Part shown: piece after piece, positions 9,301 to 16,974 of the stretch
Numbering within the stretch: the stretch's first letter is position 1
How the letters are laid out: every line of letters starts with the position of its first letter
From: Elusimicrobiota bacterium
GTDB taxonomy: Bacteria; Elusimicrobiota; Endomicrobiia; Endomicrobiales; Endomicrobiaceae
DNA: 29,706 bases
Direction of reading: 5' to 3'
Assembly: GCA_031256695.1 (NCBI GenBank)
Contig: JAIRQB010000079.1
Location: 1-29,706 of the forward strand
The notes under the pieces: generated by a model
Told to the model about the DNA's origin: nothing
Seen by the model: only the letters and a program-made list of their open reading frames with translations
Databases searched by the model: none
Translations under genes and position numbers: made by a program

Positions 9301-10631
9301 CCGTTTTTTACATAAATGCACTTCATATCTTGACCGCCTATGTCTAAAATGAAAGAGACATTTGGGTTAAAATAATGAGCGGCTTTATAATGGGCTATAG
9401 TTTCAACTTCGCCGAAATCAAAACCTAAAGCGGCTTTGATTAAAGACTCTCCATAGCCGGTGGCGCAAGCGCTTACAATTCGGGCTGTCAGCGGAATTTT
9501 TGAATAAATGTCTTTCAAAACATCAACTACAGACATCAATGGATTTCCATTATTTGCCCCATAATAGTCATAGACTATTTCTTTATTTTTTGTAATTAAA
9601 ACCGCCTTTGTAGTAGTTGACCCCGCATCTATGCCTAAAAACAAATCGCCTGAAAAATCTGAAAACTCAAGACGTTTTGCCGCGCTCTTGCCGTGCCTTT
9701 CTAAAAAAGCGGCATATTCTCCATCGTCTTTAAAAAGAGGCGGTAAAGAATCTGGATTTTGCAAAACGCCGCCTTTTTCTTTTAAATACTCAAATCTTTT
9801 ACGCAACTGTTTAAATGAAATTTCAACGGTATTTTTTAATTTAGCGCCTAAAAGAGCGGCGCCGAAAGCGACAAAGAAATGAGCATTGTTGGGGAAAAAG
9901 ATATTTTCTGCGGCAAGATTTAAAGATTTAATAAAACGCTCTCTCAATTCAGACAAGAAAAATAAAGGTCCCCCTAAAAAAGCGACATTGCCTTTTATAG
10001 AGCGTCCGCGCGCCAGCCCCCCTATAGTTTGATTTACCACAGCCTGCAAAATGCTTGCCGCTATATCTTCTCTTGCCGCTCCCTCATTTAAGAGGGGCAT
10101 AATGTCTGTTTTTGCGAAAACTCCGCAACGGGCGGCTATTGGATAAATTGTTTTGTGATTTTTAGCGAGTTCATTTATGCCTGCGGCATCTGTTTTTAGA
10201 GTTTGCGCCATCTGGTCTATAAAAGCGCCGGTCCCGCCCGCGCAAGTCTCATTCATTCTTTGGTCTATTGAAGCGCTGTCAAAAAATGTAATTTTGGCAT
10301 CCTCTCCGCCCAATTCTATAGCCGCATCAATTTTAGGCAAAAATGTCTTTATAGCCTCAGTGCAGGCAATTACTTCTTGCTCAAATTGAATGCCGCTTTT
10401 TTGAGACAGCGTTATAGCGCCTGAACCTGAAGCGCAAATTGTCATTTTCTCATCAATCAAGTCTTGCGGCGCTTCATCTATTAAACTGATTATTGTATTT
10501 AGAAGGTCTAATTGATGCCTTTTATAATTGCAATAGATTGTATTGTTGCCGCCGTCTAAAACGGCAAGTTTTATTGTAGTAGAGCCTATATCTAAACCCG
10601 CTTTTAAGTTATTTTTCATATTGTTTTCCAT
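6333..10631 (-). CDS. 2-hydroxyacyl-CoA dehydratase activator-like fusion: two BadF/BadG/BcrA/BcrD ATPase domains, DUF2229-type and dehydratase-type domains (~1432 aa)
   Basis: GLDIGSTT and GIDAGSTT ASKHA motifs, ELGGED and DIGGQD, CAGGTG/CGVF and CSSGCG/CTVF Fe-S cysteines, CFPAK, SFGCGLD, PFGCLPN. ATG 10631 has GAGGT upstream; the track start 10724 runs through a tandem repeat. Confidence 0.9.
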   Translation of the reverse strand: MENNMKNNLKAGLDIGSTTIKLAVLDGGNNTIYCNYKRHQLDLLNTIISLIDEAPQDLIDEKMTICASGSGAITLSQKSGIQFEQEVIACTEAIKTFLPKIDAAIELGGEDAKITFFDSASIDQRMNETCAGGTGAFIDQMAQTLKTDAAGINELAKNHKTIYPIAARCGVFAKTDIMPLLNEGAAREDIAASILQAVVNQTIGGLARGRSIKGNVAFLGGPLFFLSELRERFIKSLNLAAENIFFPNNAHFFVAFGAALLGAKLKNTVEISFKQLRKRFEYLKEKGGVLQNPDSLPPLFKDDGEYAAFLERHGKSAAKRLEFSDFSGDLFLGIDAGSTTTKAVLITKNKEIVYDYYGANNGNPLMSVVDVLKDIYSKIPLTARIVSACATGYGESLIKAALGFDFGEVETIAHYKAAHYFNPNVSFILDIGGQDMKCIYVKNGLIDKIILNEACSSGCGSFIENFAKSLNYNVRDFATLALKSKTPVDLGSRCTVFMNSKIKQAQKEGASAADISAGLDYSVIKNALYKVIKISTAEELGKNIVVQGGTFFNNGVLRAAEILLNAEISRPDIAGYMGAFGASLIALQNTKGNTSLISREKLETFSFKMRNTRCKGCENKCLLNIAVFPEGKTFISGNRCENALKDKKINNFAFNMFDYKYKRLFDYYKPLPIEKARRGEIGMPRALNMYENYPFWFAFFTSLGFRVVLSDPSSNELFNSGLESIPSQTVCFPAKMVHGHIENLVKKGLKTIFYPCIPFEVREFKDADNHYNCPVVGGYPEVIRLNMDILETQGVKFIEPFLPFDNLKRLIFRLHQELKEYKLTKKELAFAVLKGRAALNLFKKDIRKTGAALIKEIRKTGQPAVILAGRPYHIDPAINHGIADLIASYQMIVLSEDSVAHLAGHLPPLNFVDQWMYHSRLYRAAVLAASLDSVELIQLNSFGCGLDAITTEQTEEILSKSGKIYTVLKIDEGANLGAVKIRIRSLLAAIKERKGLRTSKEIFRGSEFKEFTKEMKESYTILCPQMSPVHFKLAGAVMRKHKINLEVLPNVGKKDIEEGLRYVNNDACYPTIVVVGQLINALKSGKYDLNKTALIISQTGGGCRATNYGAFLRKAAEKAGFKNVPIISLGVTNSSASNSLGFSMGLIKDVMLVLLYGDLLMRLSNRMRPYEINTGQTENLTEKWLIHLSDRIRKTGHFEFKRTIKKIIKEFDEIPIRDIKKPRVGVVGEILVKFHPDANNNLVSVLEKEGAEAIVPDMTDFFIYCLLDDNYKHKYLAGSLKMKIISSAIIKIIEIHRGMIRRFLKNSVHFESSERTKQLAEKVSEIVSVCNQSGEGWLLTAEMLELIESGANNIVCVQPFGCLPNHITGKGVMKELKRRYADVNIAAVDYDPGASEVNQINRIKLMMSVAREQMTGRRKYKEQDFSHFVRFL

Positions 10632-10663
10632 TTTATTTTTTACCTCACTGTCATTTGCAGCGC

Positions 10664-10717
10664 GCGCAAACACATAGCGCTGCGCAAACGCACAGCGCTG
10701 CGCAAACGCATAGCGCT
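10664..10717. repeat. 3 x 18-bp tandem repeat
   Basis: GCGCAAACACATAGCGCT / GCGCAAACGCACAGCGCT / GCGCAAACGCATAGCGCT. Confidence 0.92.
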
Positions 10718-10728
10718 GCCGCAATCCA

Positions 10729-10775
10729 TTTTGCCGTTGTCGTCGTTGTTGAAAAAGAAAAAGACAACGGCAAAA
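10729..10775. repeat. 13-bp perfect inverted repeat
   Basis: TTTTGCCGTTGTC (10729-10741) and GACAACGGCAAAA (10763-10775), 21-nt loop. Confidence 0.8.
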
Positions 10776-10810
10776 GAGGTGAAAATCTTATTTGAGCAAA
10801 AATGTGATTC

Positions 10811-10852
10811 TTGAGTTGCCTTGCTACTTGGGATTGCAACTCCGGAATGACA
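10811..10852 (-). repeat. REP-like palindrome with TGTCATTCCG head and GAGTTGC...GCAACTC hairpin
   Basis: Minus strand reads TGTCATTCCG GAGTTGCAATCCCAAGTAGCAAGGCAACTC AA; 17 nt are identical to 29690-29706. Confidence 0.8.
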
Positions 10853-10906
10853 GCACTGTAGGTTTGCGCCTTTTGCTGTTTTAATATGCCGTTTTCCTTA
10901 ACTCTT

Positions 10907-11053
10907 AAGAGTTATTTGGCGGCGTTTTTTGCCGACTTTATTTCTTGATGTCGGCTTGCTGACAAATTACTCAAGAGTTGTTTGGTGGCGCGGTAGCGCC
11001 GCCAAATTACTCAAGAGTTGTTTGGCAGCGTTTTACGCTGACAAATTACTCAA
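10907..11053 (+). repeat. Tandem array of three hairpin modules (GAGTTRTTTGG...CAAATTACTC) joined by AA
   Basis: Modules at 10909-10972 (64 nt, with a nested 25-bp hairpin), 10975-11012 (38 nt) and 11015-11051 (37 nt), each flanked by AA. Confidence 0.9.
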
Positions 11054-11060
11054 TTAACTT

Positions 11061-11973
11061 TTAATTCTCTATCCTGTCATAAACCAACACTTTTGCGCCG
11101 TAAATATCTTTTGTAAAAGACTGCTTATATTTATCAGATATGTATGTCTCTTTATCATTGGGGTCTATCAAAACATACAATCTTTTAAAAACGGCATTTT
11201 CTAAATCTTCTTGGGCTGCAAATAATACAGGAGTTTTTGCTCCCTTTTGCGAAACATAATAATTTGCAAATACTTTCAAGCCCGCTCCTCTTGTTTTATT
11301 TCTTTTGCTGTCCCAAATAGGCATTCTTATAAAAACAGCCGTTCCTTTATCATAAATATCTTTTTGCGCTATAAGATAATTAGCCCAGTCTTTATACGGT
11401 CCGTCGGGGATATAACGGCTGCGGTTATTTTCGTCAACTTTTATTAGAGTATTAAAGAAAAGAAAAAAGGCAAGGCAGACAATAATAATTGATTTTGCCG
11501 TCATATCTTTGCGGCATAAAAAATCAATGCATTTTATAGCGGAAAAAGCGCAAAGCAAATAAAAATAAGGCAATAATGTAAATAAATACCTATCAACCCA
11601 CAGAGACGCTTGATTTATTCCAAAAGATATTTTGCTGTATTCAAATAAGGCAAAAACAACAAAGACAATCGTCCATAAAATAATAGTTAAAAGACTAAAG
11701 CGCCAATTTATTCGTTTTTTAGACAGAATTTTTTTAAACAAAAACACAATCAGTATAGAGGCGGCAAAAAGGAAAAGAGACGGGTTCTCTCATTGACATC
11801 GTTGCTCTTGCCATATCCATAAAAGGAGCGCTGACCCAAAACAAAGAGCCTATTTCGTCAAACCAAAACCCTTTCATACCGGCATAATTAAGCATAATTG
11901 CAAACATCAAAAGCGATATGAAAAACATAATAATATGAGTCGGCGCGCAAAATTCTTTTGCTCTCTTAATCAT
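11061..11973 (-). pseudogene. Split, shortened GT-C (ArnT/PMT-like) membrane glycosyltransferase
   Basis: 5' piece (11973-11734) has a TM helix and GFWFDE. The 3' frame opens after TGA 11792-11790 and runs to 11061 with TM helices and DRY. Combined ~300 aa. Start overlaps the purB stop (ATGA). Confidence 0.62.
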
Positions 11974-13262
11974 TTTTTCAATTCCCTCCTGAATAAGAAA
12001 TCTATATTTTTGAATTGGCTTTTTAAATTGCAGTTTTCTTTTATTTCAGCCTCAGTTAAGTATTTTGAAATTTCGCTTTTTAGGCAACTCTCCTCTAAAG
12101 AGATTTGATTTTCTTTGGCATAAAAAGCCGCCGTCTGCATTAAGGCATATCCTTCTTCCCTTGAAAGCCCTTTGTCAACTAAAGATAAAAGCAGAGAGCC
12201 TGAGAAAACAACGTCTTTTGTCTTATCTAAATTGTTTTGCATATTTTGAGGATAAACTTTTAACCCGGAAAGCAAATACTGCATTCTAATCAGTATAAAA
12301 TGCGCCGCTATTGAGGCGTCAGGGAGGATAATTCTCTCCGTTGAAGAATGGCTTATATCCCTCTCATGCCAAAGCGCTATATTTTCCATAGCGGTTGCGG
12401 CATAGCCCCGCAAAAGCCTCGCTAAACCGCATATATTTTCAGAAATAATTGGATTTCTTTTATGAGGCATAGCAGAAGATCCCTTTTGCCCTTTTGTAAA
12501 AGGCTCTTCTGCTTCGCAAACCTCAGTCCTTTGCAGATGTCTGATTTCTGTTGCAATTCTCTCTAAACAAGCGCCTAAATGAGCGAGAGTAGAAATATAA
12601 AAAGAATGTCTGTCGCGGGGGATTATTTGAGTTGAAATAGGCTCTTGTTTTAATTTCATTTTTTGACAGACATATTTTTCTACAAAGGGGTCTAAATGCG
12701 CCATAGTCCCCACAGCGCCGCTTATTTTGCCGAAGGCAATATTATCTCTTGCAAATTCAAGTCTTTCTATAGTCCTTTTTATCTCGCTATGCCAAGACAA
12801 AACTTTCAGCCCGAAAGTTATAGGTTCTCCGTGGACGCCGTGCGTGCGCCCTATCATTGCCGTGTTTTTATATTTTTTAGCGAGGCTTTCTGTAATCAAA
12901 AGAAGTTTTTTTGTCTCTTTTATAAGGAGTTCAGCCGCTTCTTTAAGTTGAGCGCCCGTTGCCGTATCTAAAATATCTGAGGAAGTCATACCCAAATGCA
13001 AAAATCTGCCGTCTGAGCCGATGCTCTCAGAGACAGCCGTCAAAAAGGCTATTACATCGTGTTTTACCGTCATTTCTATTTCATTTATTCTATTTATATT
13101 GATTTTTGCTTTTGCCTTGATATTTTCCAGCGATTTTTTAGGGACAGCGCCGAGTTTAGACATAGCCTCTGCCGCAAAAATTTCAATCTCAAGCATTTTT
13201 TGAAATCTGTTTTCATCCGACCAAATTGCCGACATCTCAGGTTTTGCATATCTTGCTATCAT
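11970..13262 (-). CDS. purB: Adenylosuccinate lyase
   Basis: KHDVIAF, HLGMTSSD, GRTHGVHGEP, GSSAMPHKRNP, ERDISHSS. Confidence 0.98.
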   Translation of the reverse strand: MIARYAKPEMSAIWSDENRFQKMLEIEIFAAEAMSKLGAVPKKSLENIKAKAKININRINEIEMTVKHDVIAFLTAVSESIGSDGRFLHLGMTSSDILDTATGAQLKEAAELLIKETKKLLLITESLAKKYKNTAMIGRTHGVHGEPITFGLKVLSWHSEIKRTIERLEFARDNIAFGKISGAVGTMAHLDPFVEKYVCQKMKLKQEPISTQIIPRDRHSFYISTLAHLGACLERIATEIRHLQRTEVCEAEEPFTKGQKGSSAMPHKRNPIISENICGLARLLRGYAATAMENIALWHERDISHSSTERIILPDASIAAHFILIRMQYLLSGLKVYPQNMQNNLDKTKDVVFSGSLLLSLVDKGLSREEGYALMQTAAFYAKENQISLEESCLKSEISKYLTEAEIKENCNLKSQFKNIDFLFRRELKK

Positions 13263-13349
13263 AAAAACTCCTTTTTTACTCTAAAAATCCTTTAAAAATT
13301 CAATTCTGCCGCCGGATTTTATCATAAAAACAAATGCTCAAATTCAATT

Positions 13350-13358
13350 TGCTACAAT
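13350..13358 (+). promoter_or_regulatory. Extended -10 element, putative nfnAB promoter
   Basis: TGcTACAAT in the divergent purB/nfnA spacer. Confidence 0.42.
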
Positions 13359-13439
13359 AATTTTTAAGAATTTAGGCGAATGGACGTTAAATTTTTGATA
13401 AATCAATGCCGATGCGTCTAAAATAAAAGGGAGGTCATT

Positions 13440-14282
13440 ATGTATAGAGTAGTTCTCAAGCAAAAACTTGCCTCAAATATCACAAGTTTTTGGATAGAAG
13501 CGCCCGATATTGCCAGAAACGCTCAAGCGGGACAATTTTTAATTTTTAGGCTTGACGATTACGGCGAAAGAGTTCCTTTAACCGTAGCGGGCATAGATAG
13601 GCAAAAAGGCTTAATCCGCATTATTTTTCAGCACGCGGGCAAAAGCACTACGGCGCTGTCTTTGTTAAAAGAAGGCGACAATATAAAGGATTTACTTGGA
13701 CCTTTGGGACGTCCTACTGAAGTTGAAAAATTCGGAACAGCCTGCATTGTTTCAGGCGGAGTAGGCACTGCTGAAATTTTAACCGTAATTGAGGCTTTGC
13801 GCATAGTGGGCAATAAAGTCATAAGCATTGTAGGCGCAAGGACAAAAGAATTGTTTTTATTAGAGGAAGATATTAGGCGCGCTAGTTCAGAACTTCACAT
13901 AGCCACAGACGACGGCTCATATGGAGTCAAGGGACTTGTCACCGATATTTTAAAAACTCTAATAGCGCGAGAGACAATCAATATAGTCTATGCTATAGGA
14001 CCGGCTCCGATGATGAGAGCGGTGGCTGACCTCACAAAAAAACACAGTATAAAAACCGTCGTCTCTTTAAATCCCATTATGGTTGACGGAACAGGTATGT
14101 GCGGCGCTTGCCGCGTAAGCGTAGGCGGCAAGACAAAATTTGCCTGCGTTGACGGGCCTGAATTTGACGCACATCAAGTCAACTGGGATGAACTTCTTTC
14201 GCGGCTTGGAACATTTAGATATCAAGAAAAAACCTCTTTGGATAGGTTTAATATAAGGAGGAGCGCTTTATGTCAAGAATAG
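13440..14282 (+). CDS. nfnA: NfnA/SudB-type FAD/[2Fe-2S] subunit of ferredoxin:NADP+ oxidoreductase
   Basis: GERVPLT, GPLG, SGGVG, TDDGSYG, MVDGTGMCGACR, CVDGPEFD. Confidence 0.92.
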   Translation: MYRVVLKQKLASNITSFWIEAPDIARNAQAGQFLIFRLDDYGERVPLTVAGIDRQKGLIRIIFQHAGKSTTALSLLKEGDNIKDLLGPLGRPTEVEKFGTACIVSGGVGTAEILTVIEALRIVGNKVISIVGARTKELFLLEEDIRRASSELHIATDDGSYGVKGLVTDILKTLIARETINIVYAIGPAPMMRAVADLTKKHSIKTVVSLNPIMVDGTGMCGACRVSVGGKTKFACVDGPEFDAHQVNWDELLSRLGTFRYQEKTSLDRFNIRRSALCQE

Positions 14283-15646
14283 CAATGCCTCAAAGAGAAG
14301 CAGAGATAAGAAATAAAGATTTTATTGAAGTAAATACAGGATATACCGACGAACAAGCGCTAGCGGAAGCGAAACGCTGTTTAAAATGCCCTAAACCGAT
14401 GTGCGTCCAGGGCTGCCCCGTAGAGATAGAAATTCCCGCTTTTATAGGCGCTTTAAGCGATGACAATCCTTTTAAAGCGGCAAAAATTTTGAAAGGCAAA
14501 AACAGTTTGTCGGCTGTATGCGGCAGAGTTTGCCCTCAAGAAAAACAATGCGAAAAACATTGCATTTTGGGCAAGAAAGACGAGCCGATTGCCATCGGCA
14601 ATTTGGAAAGATATACGGCTGATTGGGCTGCAGAAAATATAAAAGAAAAGAATATTTCAGTAGAGAGCAAGGGCATAAAAGTTGCAGTTATAGGCTCTGG
14701 TCCTGCCGGTCTTACCTGCGCGGGCGATTTGGCAAAAGCGGGTTATGAGACAGTTATTTATGAATCGCTTCACAATAGCGGCGGAGTTTTAAGATACGGA
14801 ATACCTGAATTTAGATTGCCTAAATCTATTTTAGATTATGAAATAGATGCGCTAAAAAAAGCGGGCGTCTCTTTTAAATTCAATACTCTAATAGGGCGGA
14901 CAATCACGATAGATGAATTGTTTAAAGACAATTATAAGGCTATTTTTATAGGCAGCGGCGCGGGGCTTCCCACTTTTATGGGGATTGAAGGCGAAAATTT
15001 AAAAAATATCTATTCGGCTAATGAATTTTTGTCAAGAGTAAATCTTATGAGAGCGGCTGATTTCCCTGAATACGATACTCCCGTTTATAAAGGAAGCAAT
15101 GTCATTGTGGTAGGCGGCGGGAATACCGCTATGGATTCAGTGAGGACTGCCAAAAGATTGGGCGCAGACACGGTGACTCTCGTCTATCCCAGAAGCGAGG
15201 CTGAAATGCCCGATAGGCTTGAAGAAAAAATCCACGCAAAAGAGGAAGGCGTTCAATTTATGCCTTTGACAAATCCTATCCGTTTTATCGGAGACGATAA
15301 GCATTATTTTGTCACTCAAGTTGAATGTTTAAAAATGGAATTAGGAGAGCCCGACGCTTCTGGGCGGCGCAAACCTCAAGAAATAGCAGGCTCAAACTTT
15401 ACAATAGAGGCTGATTGCGTAATTTTGGCTTTGGGTTTAAATCCTAATCCCGTTTTGACTTCTCTTACAAAAGGTCTTAAAACCAATGAGCGCGGACGGA
15501 TTATTATTGACGACAATTTGATGTCTTCAATACCCGGCGTCTTTGCCGGCGGCGATATTGCCGGCGGCTCAACTGTAATAGAGGCTATGGGTATGGGGAA
15601 ACAGGCGGCAAGAAAAATAATGGATTATCTAAATACGTTAAAGTAA
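14270..15646 (+). CDS. nfnB: NfnB/SudA-type (GltD-like) NAD(P)H oxidoreductase subunit
   Basis: RCLKC...CVQGCP, CGRVCPQEKQCE, GSGPAG, GGGNTAMD, AGGD; overlaps the nfnA end. Confidence 0.92.
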   Translation: MSRIAMPQREAEIRNKDFIEVNTGYTDEQALAEAKRCLKCPKPMCVQGCPVEIEIPAFIGALSDDNPFKAAKILKGKNSLSAVCGRVCPQEKQCEKHCILGKKDEPIAIGNLERYTADWAAENIKEKNISVESKGIKVAVIGSGPAGLTCAGDLAKAGYETVIYESLHNSGGVLRYGIPEFRLPKSILDYEIDALKKAGVSFKFNTLIGRTITIDELFKDNYKAIFIGSGAGLPTFMGIEGENLKNIYSANEFLSRVNLMRAADFPEYDTPVYKGSNVIVVGGGNTAMDSVRTAKRLGADTVTLVYPRSEAEMPDRLEEKIHAKEEGVQFMPLTNPIRFIGDDKHYFVTQVECLKMELGEPDASGRRKPQEIAGSNFTIEADCVILALGLNPNPVLTSLTKGLKTNERGRIIIDDNLMSSIPGVFAGGDIAGGSTVIEAMGMGKQAARKIMDYLNTLK

Positions 15647-15654
15647 ATTGAAAG

Positions 15655-15708
15655 CGCCGCTCAAAAAACGATAGGCTTTTTTGCTATTTTTTTGGCGGCG
15701 TTTTTTTT
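15655..15708 (+). terminator. Intrinsic terminator after nfnB
   Basis: CGCCGC-T-CAAAAAA ... TTTTTTG-GCGGCG followed by T8. Confidence 0.75.
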
Positions 15709-15763
15709 ATGCGGCGGGCAAATTAAGTTATTTGCTTTCAAACTTGCAACAATGGAGGCTCAA

Positions 15764-16021
15764 ATGAAAAGTTTTGATTATGTTTTAAAAGACCCCGTAG
15801 GAATTCACGCAAGACCCGCGGGGCTTCTTGTAAAAGAGGCAAAAAAATATCTCTCCGCTATAGAAGTCAAAAGCGGCGGCAAGAGCGGCGATGCAAAAAA
15901 ACTTTTTTCTCTTATGAAATTGTCTGCAAAATGCGGGCAAACTGTGACTTTTGAAATAAGCGGAGAAGATGAAGAAAAAGCCTTTGAGGAATTAAAAGTT
16001 TTTATTGAAGGAAACCTTTAA
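15764..16021 (+). CDS. ptsH: HPr family phosphocarrier protein (85 aa)
   Basis: GIHARPA His15 motif, GEDE C-terminal motif; ATG 15764 follows GGAGG. Confidence 0.92.
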   Translation: MKSFDYVLKDPVGIHARPAGLLVKEAKKYLSAIEVKSGGKSGDAKKLFSLMKLSAKCGQTVTFEISGEDEEKAFEELKVFIEGNL

Positions 16022-16066
16022 AAAGATAATCTTTGACGTTTTAAGAATTAAATAATGGAGGCAAAA

Positions 16067-16891
16067 ATGCGGATTAAATTTTCAAAATTAACTGCGGCGG
16101 GAAATGATTTTGTTTTAATTGACAATAGGAATGCCGTAATCAATAAAGACATTTATCAAAGTCTTGCTGTGAAACTTTGCAATCGCAGATACGGCATTGG
16201 CGGGGACGGGTTGCTTTTTGTTGAAAAAAGTCCAAATCAAAATATTGATTTTAAAATGAAATATCTAAACTCAGACGGCTCTTTTGCCGATATGTGCGGA
16301 AACGGCGGGCGCGCTATTGCGATGTTTGCTTATTCTATAGGAGCGGCGAAAGAAAAAATGACTTTTGAGACCGATGCGGGCATAGTTTCCGCTGAAATTT
16401 TAAGCGAGAGAGAAGTTAAATTAAATATGTTTGACCCCAAAGATTTAAAATGCGGCGTTAAAACAACGCTTGACGGCAGAGATTTTGACATTGACTTTAT
16501 AAATACGGGCGTTCCTCACGCTGTCGTTTTTGTAAACGGCATTGAAAATTTTGATGTCTTTAAATAAGGGCGTCTGATAATAAATGCCGCTGTCTTTGCG
16601 CCTGCAGGGACTAATGCGGATTTTGTGAGCGTCTCAAAAGAAAAAGACAATACAATTTATGTCCGCACTTACGAGAGAGGAGTAGAGGACGAAACGCTTG
16701 CCTGCGGAACGGGCATAATTGCTTCCGCTATAATAGCGGCATTACGTAATTTTGTAAAAGTTCCCGTAAAAATTATAGCGCGCGGCGGCGATGAATTATC
16801 CGTATCTTTTAAACAAGACGGAGAAAAAATCAAATCAGTTGTTTTAGAGGGACCGGCAATTATCGCATTTGAGGGGAATGCGGAGGTATAA
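16067..16891 (+). pseudogene. dapF: Diaminopimelate epimerase interrupted by one in-frame TAA at 16565-16567
   Basis: AGNDF, MCGNGGR, NTGVPHAV, then *GRLIINAAVFAPAGTNADF, RTYERGVEDETLACGTG. The track ORFs 16055 and 16625 are in the same frame. Confidence 0.9.
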
Positions 16892-16974
16892 ATTGGAAAG
16901 TTACGAGCAGGTTATAGGCATTATGCGGAAAACAAGTAAAATTCCGCTAATTTTTATTTATGAAAGGAAAAAAA

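Noticed and set aside
10632-10839. N-terminal extension of the activase to 10724 and ORF 10651..10839
   Set aside because: Both arise from the 18-bp tandem repeat; a GAGGT RBS supports ATG 10631.
10907-11053. CRISPR array
   Set aside because: The variable part sits inside each palindrome, units are joined by only AA, there are no unique 25-45 nt spacers, and no cas gene is in the window.
13395-13406. FNR box upstream of nfnA
   Set aside because: TTGAT-AA-ATCAA has a 2-nt spacer instead of 4, and is plausible by chance in AT-rich DNA.
16565-16567. TAA recoded as an amino acid (alternative genetic code)
   Set aside because: TAA ends proC, DUF167, ileS, lspA and lysA at their expected C-termini.
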